Source of the DNA: Bdellovibrionales bacterium
GTDB lineage: Bacteria > Bdellovibrionota > Bdellovibrionia > Bdellovibrionales > JAMPXM01
NCBI GenBank assembly: GCA_031416685.1
Contig: JANOUF010000095.1
Location: 1-44,753, forward strand
DNA: 44,753 bases
Direction: 5' to 3'
Position 1 is the first letter of the stretch. The number at the start of each line of letters is the position of its first letter. Of the stretch, positions 9,758 to 18,996 are shown piece by piece. The notes under the pieces were generated by a model that saw nothing but the letters and a program-made list of their open reading frames with translations, was not told the origin of the DNA and did not search any database. The position numbers were made by a program, and so were the translations under genes.

Positions 9758-9786
9758 TAGGCCTCTCGGAGCATGACGCTCCCTTT

Positions 9787-11160
9787 TTATTTTCGTTGTT
9801 TTCGCAAGTGATTGAGTAAATCGATTCGCGTGATCAACCCTAAGAACTTGTCGTTCTCAACAACGACCGCCACATTGCCCTTATTAAAGATCGGCATCAG
9901 ATCTGAGAATTTTGCTTTAGCTGAAATCGTTTCAACCTGTTTGGTCATTGCAGAACTCACGGGTGCAGCAAAGTTTTCGTCTTTGCCGTAAACCGACATT
10001 AAGACGTCCGACTCATCGAGGAAGCCGACGATCTTGCCGTTGTCGATGACTGGGAGCTGGGAAATCTCATAGAGTTTCATACGCATGTACGCGATGTTAA
10101 GAGTATCGTTCGGTGAAATCGTGACCACCGCATTTTCATCGTAGCGGCGAGAGATGAGATCTCGCAGATCGCCGAAGCTTTCGCGCTTTAGAAAACCTTG
10201 GTCCAGCATCCAATAGTCATTGAACATTTTTGAGAGATATTTATTTCCGCTATCGCAAACAAACGTAACGACGCGTTTTGGAGTCTTCTGTGCGCGGCAG
10301 TAGCGAAGTGCAGCCGCAATGAGAGTACCGCTCGATGACCCAGCTAGAATTCCTTCTTTGCTAAGTAATTCGCGTGCGACCTCGAAGCTCTCTGAATCGG
10401 CAATAGAATAAGCGGATTTTACTCGGGAAAGATCGGCAATGTCGGGGATGAAGTCTTCGCCGACGCCTTCAACAAGCCAGCTTCCTGCTGCTCCATATTT
10501 TCCAGTGTTGATATAATCGACTAAAATTGAACCTTGAGGATCAGCGAGTACCATTTCAGTTGAAGGCGAAACAGCCCCAAAATATTTGGAAAGCCCGGCA
10601 AGAGTTCCGCCGCTACCGACGCCCGAAACGACTGCATCAACTTTGTGATCCATCTGTTCCCAAATTTCAGGGCCTGTTGTTTTTTCGTGAGCAAGGGTAT
10701 TGGCAGGATTGGAAAACTGATTGATGTAAAACGCGCCGATTTCTCCCGACATTCGTTTTGCTAAGTCTTGGTAGTACTCAGGGTGTCCTTTTGCTACGTC
10801 CGATCGCGTAAGCTGAACTTCAGCGCCCATTGCTCGCAAGTGGAAAATTTTTTCGCGACTCATTTTATCTGGGATGACGAGGATAAGTTTGTAGCCCTTT
10901 ACCGCTGCGACAAGTGCCAAGCCAAGCCCCGTGTTGCCGGCAGTTGCTTCGATGATCGTTCCGCCGGGTTTAAGCTTTCCACTCTTTTCAGCTTCTTCAA
11001 TCATCGACATCGCGATGCGATCTTTAATTGAGCCGCCAGGATTTTGATTTTCAAGCTTCACGAATAACTGGCAAGGGCCAGTGTCGAATTTTTTTAATTC
11101 GATCATGGGTGTATTGCCGATCAGAGTTAGAATCGAAGCTGGTTTTTGAGCTGAAGACAT
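9787..11160 (-). CDS. Cystathionine beta-synthase-type PLP enzyme (CysK-fold plus tandem CBS domains)
   Basis: PLP-lysine motif NPGGSIKDR, the GNTG loop and GVGSGGT. The C-terminal ~120 aa form a CBS pair (ISQLPVIDNGKIVGFL..., VAVVVENDKFLGLITRIDLL). Confidence 0.88.
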   Translation of the reverse strand: MSSAQKPASILTLIGNTPMIELKKFDTGPCQLFVKLENQNPGGSIKDRIAMSMIEEAEKSGKLKPGGTIIEATAGNTGLGLALVAAVKGYKLILVIPDKMSREKIFHLRAMGAEVQLTRSDVAKGHPEYYQDLAKRMSGEIGAFYINQFSNPANTLAHEKTTGPEIWEQMDHKVDAVVSGVGSGGTLAGLSKYFGAVSPSTEMVLADPQGSILVDYINTGKYGAAGSWLVEGVGEDFIPDIADLSRVKSAYSIADSESFEVARELLSKEGILAGSSSGTLIAAALRYCRAQKTPKRVVTFVCDSGNKYLSKMFNDYWMLDQGFLKRESFGDLRDLISRRYDENAVVTISPNDTLNIAYMRMKLYEISQLPVIDNGKIVGFLDESDVLMSVYGKDENFAAPVSSAMTKQVETISAKAKFSDLMPIFNKGNVAVVVENDKFLGLITRIDLLNHLRKQRK

Positions 11161-11186
11161 GAGAGGTCACCTACGTTGTTTCGAAG

Positions 11187-12413
11187 TTATTTTTTGGCCG
11201 GTTTGAAATCCTTTAACAGATCGCCCATCTTCCCAAAACTGCCTTGTTTTTGGTTCGCTCCATGAGTTCTCCAAGCTCCGTCTTGTGCGTCCTCAGGCGG
11301 AGCGAAGGTAAGCTTTTTTTCATCTATGTTTATTTCATCAATCTGCACAGGCAGGAGATCGCCTTTTTTCTTATTCTCGTACTGGCCACCGTCAATGCGA
11401 TCACGCCATTTCGATCGCGGCAGAAGGCCCGTAACTCCGGGCCCAAGATTTACGAAATATCCGTAAGTTTCTTTTCGCTCGATAGTGCCGTCATGAATTG
11501 AGCCAAGCGGGTAGCGTTCGGGGATTTTTAACCAAGGATCACTTTCACTTCCACCAGTTTTAATCGAAAGAGAAATTCTCAAGCGACCTTCTTCTTCAGT
11601 GACTCGGATCACGTTGACAGAAACGTCTTGTCCAAGAGTGAGCACGTCGGATGGGTGATTGATGCGGCCCCAAGCAATTTCAGAAATTGGAACGAGGCCC
11701 TCAACGCCGCCACCAACAGCGACAAACGCACCGTACTTCTCAAGGCGTGTGACTTTTCCCTGGAGAATCGTGCCGGGCTTCGTTTTTTCTAAGAACTCTC
11801 CTTCGTTTTCCACTTTCTTGAGATCAAGCAGTCGACGTCTTGAGACGACGATGTTGCGTCCCTTTTCTTCAAATTGAGTAATGATGAAATCATATTTTTG
11901 ACCGATGTACTGAGTTTGATCAGCGCTTGCACGCAAATCGATTTGGCTGATTGGGCAAAACGCACGTTTACCTTGTATCTCAACTCGGAAGCCACCTTTT
12001 ACGGCTTCCGTTACGCGGCCCTCAATTGGCAATTCCATGTCGAACGCATCTTCAAGATTTTCAACACCGTCGCTCGAACTTAACGAACCTGCACGCTTAA
12101 GTAGAATCTCGCCCTCGCGAGCGCGAACGACCTGTACGTCGATGATGTCGCCGACTTTGTACTTCACTTGTTTTTGATCATCTAGAAGCTCGCGAAGTGG
12201 AATGGCTCCGTCAACCGCAGTTCCAGTGCTAACAAACGCCTCTTCTTTTCCGATCGAGAGAATTTCACCTTTAAAACTATCGCCTGCGCGTACGCGACGT
12301 GAGCCTGCAGTCATCGACTGGTCAAGGAGTGAGGCGAAATCGTTCTCTGCCTCTGATGAAACATCATCTCCGAATATGTCTTTTCCGTCGCCGGAAATAT
12401 CCTTTTTACTCAT
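11187..12413 (-). CDS. S1 RNA-binding-domain protein (four S1 repeats)
   Basis: Four S1 motifs: FKGEILSIGKEEAFV, IEGRVTEAVKGGFRVEI, LQGKVTRLEKYGAFVAV and HDGTIERKETYGYFVNL. ATG 12413 has SD AGAAGGA 7 nt upstream. The track start at 12443 lacks an SD and overlaps the upstream gene. Confidence 0.85.
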   Translation of the reverse strand: MSKKDISGDGKDIFGDDVSSEAENDFASLLDQSMTAGSRRVRAGDSFKGEILSIGKEEAFVSTGTAVDGAIPLRELLDDQKQVKYKVGDIIDVQVVRAREGEILLKRAGSLSSSDGVENLEDAFDMELPIEGRVTEAVKGGFRVEIQGKRAFCPISQIDLRASADQTQYIGQKYDFIITQFEEKGRNIVVSRRRLLDLKKVENEGEFLEKTKPGTILQGKVTRLEKYGAFVAVGGGVEGLVPISEIAWGRINHPSDVLTLGQDVSVNVIRVTEEEGRLRISLSIKTGGSESDPWLKIPERYPLGSIHDGTIERKETYGYFVNLGPGVTGLLPRSKWRDRIDGGQYENKKKGDLLPVQIDEINIDEKKLTFAPPEDAQDGAWRTHGANQKQGSFGKMGDLLKDFKPAKK

Positions 12414-12426
12414 TGTTCGATCCTTC

Positions 12427-12771
12427 TTATTCGTCTGAGTCATCCCAATTCAGATATAGAAAATAGCTAAAATTCGCGAGCGACAAAACGATCGTTGCAG
12501 CAAGTCCGTAACCATACCCGCGGCCCGGGTAGCTTGCGTAATTAAGTCCGAAGTAAAGCAGGAACACTTTCAAAAAAAGCGTCGGTACAACGAACGCGCG
12601 AATATAAGCGGCGAGCTTACGTTTCTGGTCGACATCTTTGCGTTTTTGTTCTTGCTCCACGAAGAAAGAACTATAGCGTGTCGATCTTAAATTCTCTAGG
12701 TTCTTGGCTCGGGTCTGCAACGACGCGTAAATTAATTCGAGAGATTTCACGGGCGTCACTGGTCTCGACAA
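12427..12771 (-). CDS. Small two-TM membrane protein, start uncertain
   Basis: Two hydrophobic helices, FVVPTLFLKVFLLYFGL and GLAATIVLSLANFSYFLYL. The track TTG start overlaps the upstream CDS by 101 nt. An in-frame GTG at 12660 would remove that overlap. Confidence 0.5.
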   Translation of the reverse strand: MSRPVTPVKSLELIYASLQTRAKNLENLRSTRYSSFFVEQEQKRKDVDQKRKLAAYIRAFVVPTLFLKVFLLYFGLNYASYPGRGYGYGLAATIVLSLANFSYFLYLNWDDSDE

Positions 12772-13855
12772 TCACTCGCCAGCGTCCAGGGGAATAGGAG
12801 CTCTTCTGGGCGAAGGCTCTAAAGCCCAAATCCCGCCCGCCAGTGACTTGTAAGGGTATTCGGTCGGATGTTTGCCACCCTTGTTTTTCATCATAATACT
12901 GCCAGCGCATGTTGATGCGGTCCTGGAAATTGGTCGGTGAAAAGATGCTTGCGAAAACATAAATTTTGTCGCCGGGGCGGGCGTAAAAGGTTTGCGCACC
13001 ATTCTCCCAAAAGGCCCACCATGGACGATCAAACTTGAGTTGATAACGACCTTCGACTTTTTCGATTTCGTGGTAGATGCCGAGAAATTGCGCCGAAAGA
13101 GGAACAGGGGGCACGAGCTGTAATAGGTAGAGCGTTAAAAAAACCGTGGGAACGAGCCAAACGATTTGTCGTGAGCGTTTGTAGAGAGGCTGACTTCTCC
13201 AATTTTTCAATAGATAGCGACGAGGTGCCACATCTTGCGGTTCAGCCCGAATGACTTCAGGAGCGCGTCTCTCTGCGATTTTGAGAATCCAGAGCATGGG
13301 GAGTGTACCGCCAATCAAAGCCAGCAAGAAAATCCAAAGCCCAATTTGCCCTATGAAAACGGGAATCACATAAGACAGATAGGAAATGAAGCAAACGCTT
13401 AAGAGCGCAAGGCGAGTGAGAACTCCCGATTGCTGAAATCGGCTGAACTCATTTGCAACCATCAAGCCCGCAAGGGCCGCCAAAAACACGAACGAAGTTA
13501 CGAGAGACGAACTCTTAAAATAAAACAACGTGTAAACGCTCAGTAAACTTCCGAAAACGAAATGCACGATTTCGTCTCGATACTTCCAAAGTGTCTGCAA
13601 GCCTTTCGGAACTTGGAGTGGCCGCATGTGCGAGCAAAGTTCAAAAACTGAGAAAGTCGAAAGCAAGAATAGATAAACGGCCTGCTGAACGATAGTCAGC
13701 GTATCGTCGATGCGCGCAAGTGTCAGAATGTCGAAAAAAAACCCGCCGAAGAAAAATGCGGCAGGTCCGTATTCGCGATATCGCTCGTATTGTGCCGCTA
13801 CTCGGGCTTTAAAAGTCTGAGGCTGATTATTTAGTTCACTAGCTGGCTGCTGCAT
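12671..13855 (-). CDS. Polytopic membrane protein with a C-terminal DUF2914-like soluble domain
   Basis: About 8 hydrophobic helices are followed by a beta-rich tail: MRWQYYDEKQGWQTSDRIPLQVTGGRDLGFRAFAQKSSYSPGRWRVIVETSD. The family assignment is from memory of the DUF2914 pattern. Confidence 0.7.
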   Translation of the reverse strand: MQQPASELNNQPQTFKARVAAQYERYREYGPAAFFFGGFFFDILTLARIDDTLTIVQQAVYLFLLSTFSVFELCSHMRPLQVPKGLQTLWKYRDEIVHFVFGSLLSVYTLFYFKSSSLVTSFVFLAALAGLMVANEFSRFQQSGVLTRLALLSVCFISYLSYVIPVFIGQIGLWIFLLALIGGTLPMLWILKIAERRAPEVIRAEPQDVAPRRYLLKNWRSQPLYKRSRQIVWLVPTVFLTLYLLQLVPPVPLSAQFLGIYHEIEKVEGRYQLKFDRPWWAFWENGAQTFYARPGDKIYVFASIFSPTNFQDRINMRWQYYDEKQGWQTSDRIPLQVTGGRDLGFRAFAQKSSYSPGRWRVIVETSDAREISRINLRVVADPSQEPREFKIDTL

Positions 13856-14277
13856 TTTACTGAAACTCGATTCGGATAAAACCCACCATCGCTGAGTGGA
13901 TTGTCCAAGAACGCTGAGAGCGTCACGTTTTTAAAACCAGTTTTCAGTTTATTCTCAGGCAAAATCAGCTCAAGTGCCAAGTTTTTTGCTTCGGCTTCAC
14001 CTTTAATCACAACTTGGCCAACACTAGACGTTTGTTCGATCTTTTCATTGCGGAGTACGCCCTGAAAGCCTTGCTCCTTTTTCATCTTTACTGCGACGTC
14101 GACGCTCGTCTCGCTCAAACTTGCGCCTAAATTCGTGAGTTTTGCGCGGATCGTGAGACCCTGTTTCTTATTCTGACAAGTGATGGTTTGGCCGGTGACC
14201 AACCCAGAAGTTCGACCAGACGCTTGGGCTTGAACGCCGGTGAAAATAAGAGCTAAAGCAAACAATTGACGTACCAT
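13831..14277 (-). CDS. Secreted hypothetical protein
   Basis: Signal peptide MVRQLFALALIFTGVQAQA. SD GGAGGA lies upstream. I recognised no family. Confidence 0.65.
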   Translation of the reverse strand: MVRQLFALALIFTGVQAQASGRTSGLVTGQTITCQNKKQGLTIRAKLTNLGASLSETSVDVAVKMKKEQGFQGVLRNEKIEQTSSVGQVVIKGEAEAKNLALELILPENKLKTGFKNVTLSAFLDNPLSDGGFYPNRVSVKCSSQLVN

Positions 14278-14384
14278 GGGAATCCTCCGCTACTCAAGTC
14301 AGACAGCAAACTTAAGTCCATGCTAGAGAGCGGGTATTTTGCTTTTGGAGCCTCAAATTCACATCGTCGTGCCGCCTATGGGCA

Positions 14385-15464
14385 CTACGATTGAAGTTTC
14401 TCCTTGTTATGTCGAACCGAGGACCAAAGTGAGAGGCCAATGAATGCAGCACCAATTAATCCGGTAATGACTTCGGGAACGTGCATGCTGGTACCGAGAA
14501 ACATCATCGTGGCCAAGGCACCAATTGCATAGAAAGCACCGTGCTCAAGATACACAAACTCCGAGAGAGTTCCGCGGTCGACAAGCATGATAGTCATGCT
14601 TCGTACGAACATCGCACCTACACCAAGACCGATGGCGATAATGAAGAGATTATTCGTAATAGCAAACGCGCCCACAACTCCGTCAAAGCTGAAGCTCGCA
14701 TCAAGAACTTCGAGATACATAAACGATGCGGCACTCGCTTTATGAATGTCGGTCATGGTTTCATCAGGGGCATTTAGAAAAGCGCCGACGCCATCGACAG
14801 CAATAAATGTAACTAATCCGAAGATTCCGGCAGTCAAAAACTTGTAACCTTCATCGGGTGGAAGAATCTTCGTCATTCCATAAATTGCGAGCATCGATAC
14901 GCCGAGTTCAATGGCATCCATCCGCCCTAATTTCACAAGGGGTTTTTCGATCTGTTTGATCCAATGAACGTCTTTGTTTTTATCAAAGAAGTATTTAAGC
15001 GCGACCATTAATAAAAACGCGCCACCGAAACCCGCGATTTCGGTGTGTACGGAGGTCATAATTGCCGCATACTCGTCAGGTTTGGATGCTGCTAAAACCA
15101 ATGCGTCCCAAGGGCCTAGCTTCGTCACAATGACAACGATGGCGAGTGGAAACACCAAGCGCATTCCGAACACCGCAATCAACATCCCCCACGTGATAAA
15201 GCGATGGCGCCAAACGGGGGTCATCGTATTTAAGACTTTGGCGTTGACGACGGCGTTGTCGAAAGAAAGCGAAACTTCTAGCACGCTTAAAATCGTGGCT
15301 AAGAAAAGCATCGTTAAACCTTGGGTGTGGCTTTCGCCGTACACATAGCCAACGATGTACGCGAGGATGAGGCCTACTACAGTTACCCACACAGAACTCT
15401 TAAAGTATTTCCAGTTTGCTCGAATCATGACCAAGTCTATATCCGGGCTTTTCGGGCCTGGCAA
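14385..15464 (-). CDS. TerC/DUF475-like integral membrane protein
   Basis: Multi-pass hydrophobic protein with LEVSLSFDNAVVNAKVL and a second LEVLDASFSFDGVVGAF repeat, characteristic of the TerC/DUF475 fold. The track start is a TTG; ATG 15428 is an alternative. Confidence 0.7.
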   Translation of the reverse strand: MPGPKSPDIDLVMIRANWKYFKSSVWVTVVGLILAYIVGYVYGESHTQGLTMLFLATILSVLEVSLSFDNAVVNAKVLNTMTPVWRHRFITWGMLIAVFGMRLVFPLAIVVIVTKLGPWDALVLAASKPDEYAAIMTSVHTEIAGFGGAFLLMVALKYFFDKNKDVHWIKQIEKPLVKLGRMDAIELGVSMLAIYGMTKILPPDEGYKFLTAGIFGLVTFIAVDGVGAFLNAPDETMTDIHKASAASFMYLEVLDASFSFDGVVGAFAITNNLFIIAIGLGVGAMFVRSMTIMLVDRGTLSEFVYLEHGAFYAIGALATMMFLGTSMHVPEVITGLIGAAFIGLSLWSSVRHNKEKLQS

Positions 15465-15568
15465 ACAACGAAAAACATGGCCCGGAAATTGATCATGTTA
15501 GTTAGACCTGGAGCGAAACGGTTTAAGGTCGTTTCAACCAGAAAACTTTTCCAGGTTGCGAGGTTTTT

Positions 15569-16342
15569 GTGCGTTTTTTCCGTTTAATGGCGGTTTTGAT
15601 GCTGCCAATGGTTTTTGGATGTACGCCGACAGGTTCTGCGCCAGAGACCGACTATGCCGATATGTCCGTAGTGGCTGGCGAGCAGCTTAAAGCAATCGAC
15701 CCGATCGTCGGGTCCACGGTCAGTATCAGAGTGTCCATCGATAATGATACCGAAGAATGCTCGGGAGTACTCATTGCCGACGATATCGTACTCAGTTCCG
15801 CCCATTGTTTTATCGATTCCCGAAGAAACGTATCTGTGGGTTTTGGACTTAAGCGCAATAAAAAATCGATTTCGGTAAAAAGAATTGAAACACATCCCTC
15901 GTTCCACCCGAACAGTAAAGGTGTTGGGAATTATGACGTCGCAGTTCTTCGCCTACGAAAGCTTGCGCCAAAAGAAATTCCACGTGCGCAACTTCGCCAG
16001 GCGGGTGTTCGCATGAAAGTGGGCGACGTGTTTTTAACTTCAGGTTTTGGGTCAACTGACGGATCTGAAGAGGGCGGCAATGGACGTCTTCATAAAGCTG
16101 TGTTGCAAGTAAAGACCCTCTCAGCGATTGAGACTAAATCCGTAGGTGTAAATTCGAAGTCGTCAATTTGTCATGGTGACTCGGGCGGGCCGGCCTATGT
16201 CTTTGAAAAGGGTCGTTGGTTTTTATGGGGCATTAACAAAGGTGTCTCGAACCAAACGTGCTCGGGTGCGAGTGTCCACTTCGAGCTTGCGTCCGTTCAC
16301 CCATGGTTAAATGCCGCAGTCGCAAGGTTGAGAGCAAAATAA
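15569..16342 (+). CDS. Trypsin-like (S1) serine protease, lipoprotein-type signal
   Basis: Catalytic triad motifs LSSAHCF (His), YDVAVLRL (Asp) and GDSGGP (Ser). Signal MAVLMLPMVFGC. GTG start with GAGGT 5 nt upstream. Confidence 0.88.
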   Translation: MRFFRLMAVLMLPMVFGCTPTGSAPETDYADMSVVAGEQLKAIDPIVGSTVSIRVSIDNDTEECSGVLIADDIVLSSAHCFIDSRRNVSVGFGLKRNKKSISVKRIETHPSFHPNSKGVGNYDVAVLRLRKLAPKEIPRAQLRQAGVRMKVGDVFLTSGFGSTDGSEEGGNGRLHKAVLQVKTLSAIETKSVGVNSKSSICHGDSGGPAYVFEKGRWFLWGINKGVSNQTCSGASVHFELASVHPWLNAAVARLRAK

Positions 16343-17112
16343 TGAAGCTTCTTCTTTTCCTTCTTAGCTCGGTCATTTTCTCATCTTGTGCAAAACCGCA
16401 AGGTGCGAGTGATCAGTTTGGTCAAAGGGATCAAGCCGTCATCGGTGGAAATCCACTCTCTTCGAGTTCCGATTTGGGCCGTGCGACAGTTTCGATAGAA
16501 GTCGTTCGTCTTGGACAGGCGGATTCAATTTGTTCGGGAGCTTTAATTTCTCCTCATTTGGTCGTGACTGCTGCCCACTGCTTCGAAGGAAGTACCGTTT
16601 ACGAAATCCGTGCGAAATTTACCGATGGGTCGATACGTGCAGCTGATAGCATTCACACACGCGGTGCAAGAAAAGCGCATCATCGTGCACTCAATCCGCC
16701 AACAGATTCATTTGATATTGCGATGTTACGACTTCATAAACCAGCGCCTCTTGGGGCAGTTCCGGCAAAATTAGATGAGTGGGGAATTCATCCCTCATCA
16801 CAGGAGCAGTTGTACATTGCGGGCGGCGGCGTTCATTCACTGGATCAACAAGGTGCTGACGGAGTGGCGCGATGGGGAACGGCTACCTATATCGGAATGC
16901 TTGGCAAAACGGAAGCGAGCTTAAAAAAAGGTGCGACTGGACAGTCCATGTGCGTGAGTGATTCCGGTGGTCCAATTTTTATTCGACGCAATCACAACTT
17001 AATCCTCTGGGGCATACATAAAGCTGGCAATGAAACATGCACCGGAAGTACAGCGACCAGGATTACTCCATTTGTAAATTGGCTTTCGGCAACGATCGAG
17101 AAGACTGAATAA
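16342..17112 (+). CDS. Trypsin-like (S1) serine protease, tandem paralogue
   Basis: Catalytic triad motifs VTAAHCF, FDIAMLRL and SDSGGP. Signal MKLLLFLLSSVIFSSC. The ATG overlaps the upstream stop as TAATG at 16340-16344. The track ORF starts earlier, at 16258. Confidence 0.88.
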   Translation: MKLLLFLLSSVIFSSCAKPQGASDQFGQRDQAVIGGNPLSSSSDLGRATVSIEVVRLGQADSICSGALISPHLVVTAAHCFEGSTVYEIRAKFTDGSIRAADSIHTRGARKAHHRALNPPTDSFDIAMLRLHKPAPLGAVPAKLDEWGIHPSSQEQLYIAGGGVHSLDQQGADGVARWGTATYIGMLGKTEASLKKGATGQSMCVSDSGGPIFIRRNHNLILWGIHKAGNETCTGSTATRITPFVNWLSATIEKTE

Positions 17113-17794
17113 TCCCACTAAATGATTTCGAGAACGGGCTTGTTGAAAACTGCTGAAGCAAATCGGCAGGATCACGATAGACCGCAATCGCTCTTGCAAG
17201 TGATGCAAGAGAAAAGCCGCCAGATTGAAGTCCCACTGTTCGCACACCGGCCCGAAGTGCTGCAGTCACGTCGTACGGCGTATCACCTAACATCAAAACA
17301 TCTCTTGCTGCCGCTCCAGACTTTCTAAGTGCAGAGATGATAATGTCGGGTTCCGGTTTCGACTCATCGACGTCATCTTTTGATGTCGAGCTTTCGATGA
17401 GATCGCGAATACGCGCTTGTTCCAAAAGTGCGCACAGATTCTTTTTGTCGCTTGATGAGCCGACTATAAGTTTAATTCCTTCAGCGCGCATGCGTTCGAG
17501 CAATTCACGTGTACGCGGAAAGGGTTTTAAGTTTTGCAAATATTGATCTGTGAAAATACGCCTCCGGTGGGTCGAGACTTTTTTGCCCACATCAGTACCT
17601 TCGGTAATTCCTGCGACCAAAGGTAGAAGATGATCGCCGCCCATTCCAATCAAAGGTCGAATACGTGAATAAGGAACCGAAATTCCTTCGAGGGCAAAGG
17701 CCTGCACCCATGACTCAGCGTGTGCGTCGTTACTATCAATGAGCGTTCCGTCAACGTCGAGGATGACTGCTTTTATCACTGGCACTCCTTTCAC
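17063..17794 (-). CDS. HAD-superfamily hydrolase (phosphatase-like)
   Basis: HAD motif I VILDVDGTLIDS, motif II GSSS, and motif III/IV K...GDTPYD. The likely true start is GTG 17779, which follows an AAGGAG SD. Confidence 0.85.
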   Translation of the reverse strand: MKGVPVIKAVILDVDGTLIDSNDAHAESWVQAFALEGISVPYSRIRPLIGMGGDHLLPLVAGITEGTDVGKKVSTHRRRIFTDQYLQNLKPFPRTRELLERMRAEGIKLIVGSSSDKKNLCALLEQARIRDLIESSTSKDDVDESKPEPDIIISALRKSGAAARDVLMLGDTPYDVTAALRAGVRTVGLQSGGFSLASLARAIAVYRDPADLLQQFSTSPFSKSFSGIIQSSRSLPKANLQME

Positions 17795-17895
17795 ACCTTT
17801 ATCCTACGCGACGTTTTGTGTGGCACCTTCGACGTTAAGAAGAAAACACAATCCTGTTACGTTCTTTTGATCCAAGCTTTTGGCAGGATGACGTC

Positions 17896-18996
17896 ATGGG
17901 ATTAGAAATAGGGTTAGACCAATACTGGAGGGGCAAAGGGATGGATAGGCAAATTCCACCGGGGCACGCAAGTATGCGACAAACGGAAATGGGTGAAGCG
18001 TTTGATAAAACGCTATTTGCTGCTATCGACGCAATGGAGGCACGAAAGATCCCGTTCGCTATGATCGGCGGTATTGCCGCCAGTGCCATCAGTCGACCGC
18101 GCAGCACTCATGACATCGATTTTTTCTGCAGACCCGAAGATGCAGATGCTGCACTTGAAGCACTATCTTCTGCAGGATTTGAGACGGAAAAAGTCGATGC
18201 CCGTTGGCTTTATAAAGGTTGGATGGGCGAGATGATGGTCGACATTATCTTTAAATCCGAAGGTGACATCTATTTTGACGATGAGATGCACAAGCGCGCG
18301 AGCCGCGTTCCGTATCATGGGCGCACAATTCCCGCTGTTTCGCCCGAAGATTTAATCGTCATCAAAGCTGCTGTCGCACGAGAAGATGGTCCACATCATT
18401 GGCATGACGCTCTTGCGATTTTGTCACATGCCACAGTCGACTGGAATTATCTCATGAAGCGCGCAAGAAAAGCGGCGCGCAGAATTCTCTCCCTTTTGAT
18501 TTACGCTCAGTCCAACGACATTTGGATTCCAAATTCAATCATCGTTAACTTGTTCCAGTCTATTTTTGGAGATCAAGTTCGACCGGGAGAAACAGCCTGG
18601 GTTCCAGCTGGTTGGGGAACACAACCGCAGCAACAACAAACGATGCAACAAACAATGCAGCAGTCCCTGCATTCGCAACAGTCTTTGAGTCCGCAAACGC
18701 CGGCAGCACAAGCGATGCAGCAAGCGCAGAGGTCGAAATCTCAAGTGCAGAATCAAGAAGGCTACTTCACTGAAAAACTTCGTGAGTTTATCGCGAAGGA
18801 TCCTAGAACCGCTGCACTCGACATTCGTGTTTATATATCGTCTGACAGCACGATTGTTGCTCGTGGTGAGGTGCAGAACGAGGAGCAACGTCAAGCGATA
18901 CAAGATGTGATTTGCGAGCACGCCCTAGGTTACAAATGCGAAAACCAGGTTAAGATCACCCATCTCACAGGCCCGACCGTTGAGGAGGTCGTATGA
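17896..18996 (+). CDS. Pol-beta-superfamily nucleotidyltransferase fused to a Gln-rich linker and a C-terminal BON domain
   Basis: NTase signature GGIAASAISRPRSTHDIDFF fits G[GS]-x13-DhDh and resembles AbiEii/MNT. The linker reads QPQQQQTMQQTMQQSLHSQQSL. The BON-like end reads DIRVYISSDSTIVARGEVQNEEQRQAIQDVI...CENQVKI. ATG 17941 (SD GGAGGGG) is an alternative start. Confidence 0.7.
   Translation: MGLEIGLDQYWRGKGMDRQIPPGHASMRQTEMGEAFDKTLFAAIDAMEARKIPFAMIGGIAASAISRPRSTHDIDFFCRPEDADAALEALSSAGFETEKVDARWLYKGWMGEMMVDIIFKSEGDIYFDDEMHKRASRVPYHGRTIPAVSPEDLIVIKAAVAREDGPHHWHDALAILSHATVDWNYLMKRARKAARRILSLLIYAQSNDIWIPNSIIVNLFQSIFGDQVRPGETAWVPAGWGTQPQQQQTMQQTMQQSLHSQQSLSPQTPAAQAMQQAQRSKSQVQNQEGYFTEKLREFIAKDPRTAALDIRVYISSDSTIVARGEVQNEEQRQAIQDVICEHALGYKCENQVKITHLTGPTVEEVV

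Noticed and set aside
9767-9796. Hairpin GGAGC-ATGAC-GCTCC followed by CTTTTTATTTT, which looks like a + strand intrinsic terminator.
   Set aside because: Both flanking genes are on the minus strand, and on that strand the stem is followed by GAGAGG rather than a U-run. The stem is only 5 bp. This is more likely the SD region of the DUF481 gene.
15465-15568. yybP-ykoY (Mn2+) riboswitch, often found upstream of TerC-family genes.
   Set aside because: The 104-nt upstream region shows no GGGGAGUAG-type conserved core and no four-way-junction-like pairing by eye. It is also shared with the divergent protease promoter.
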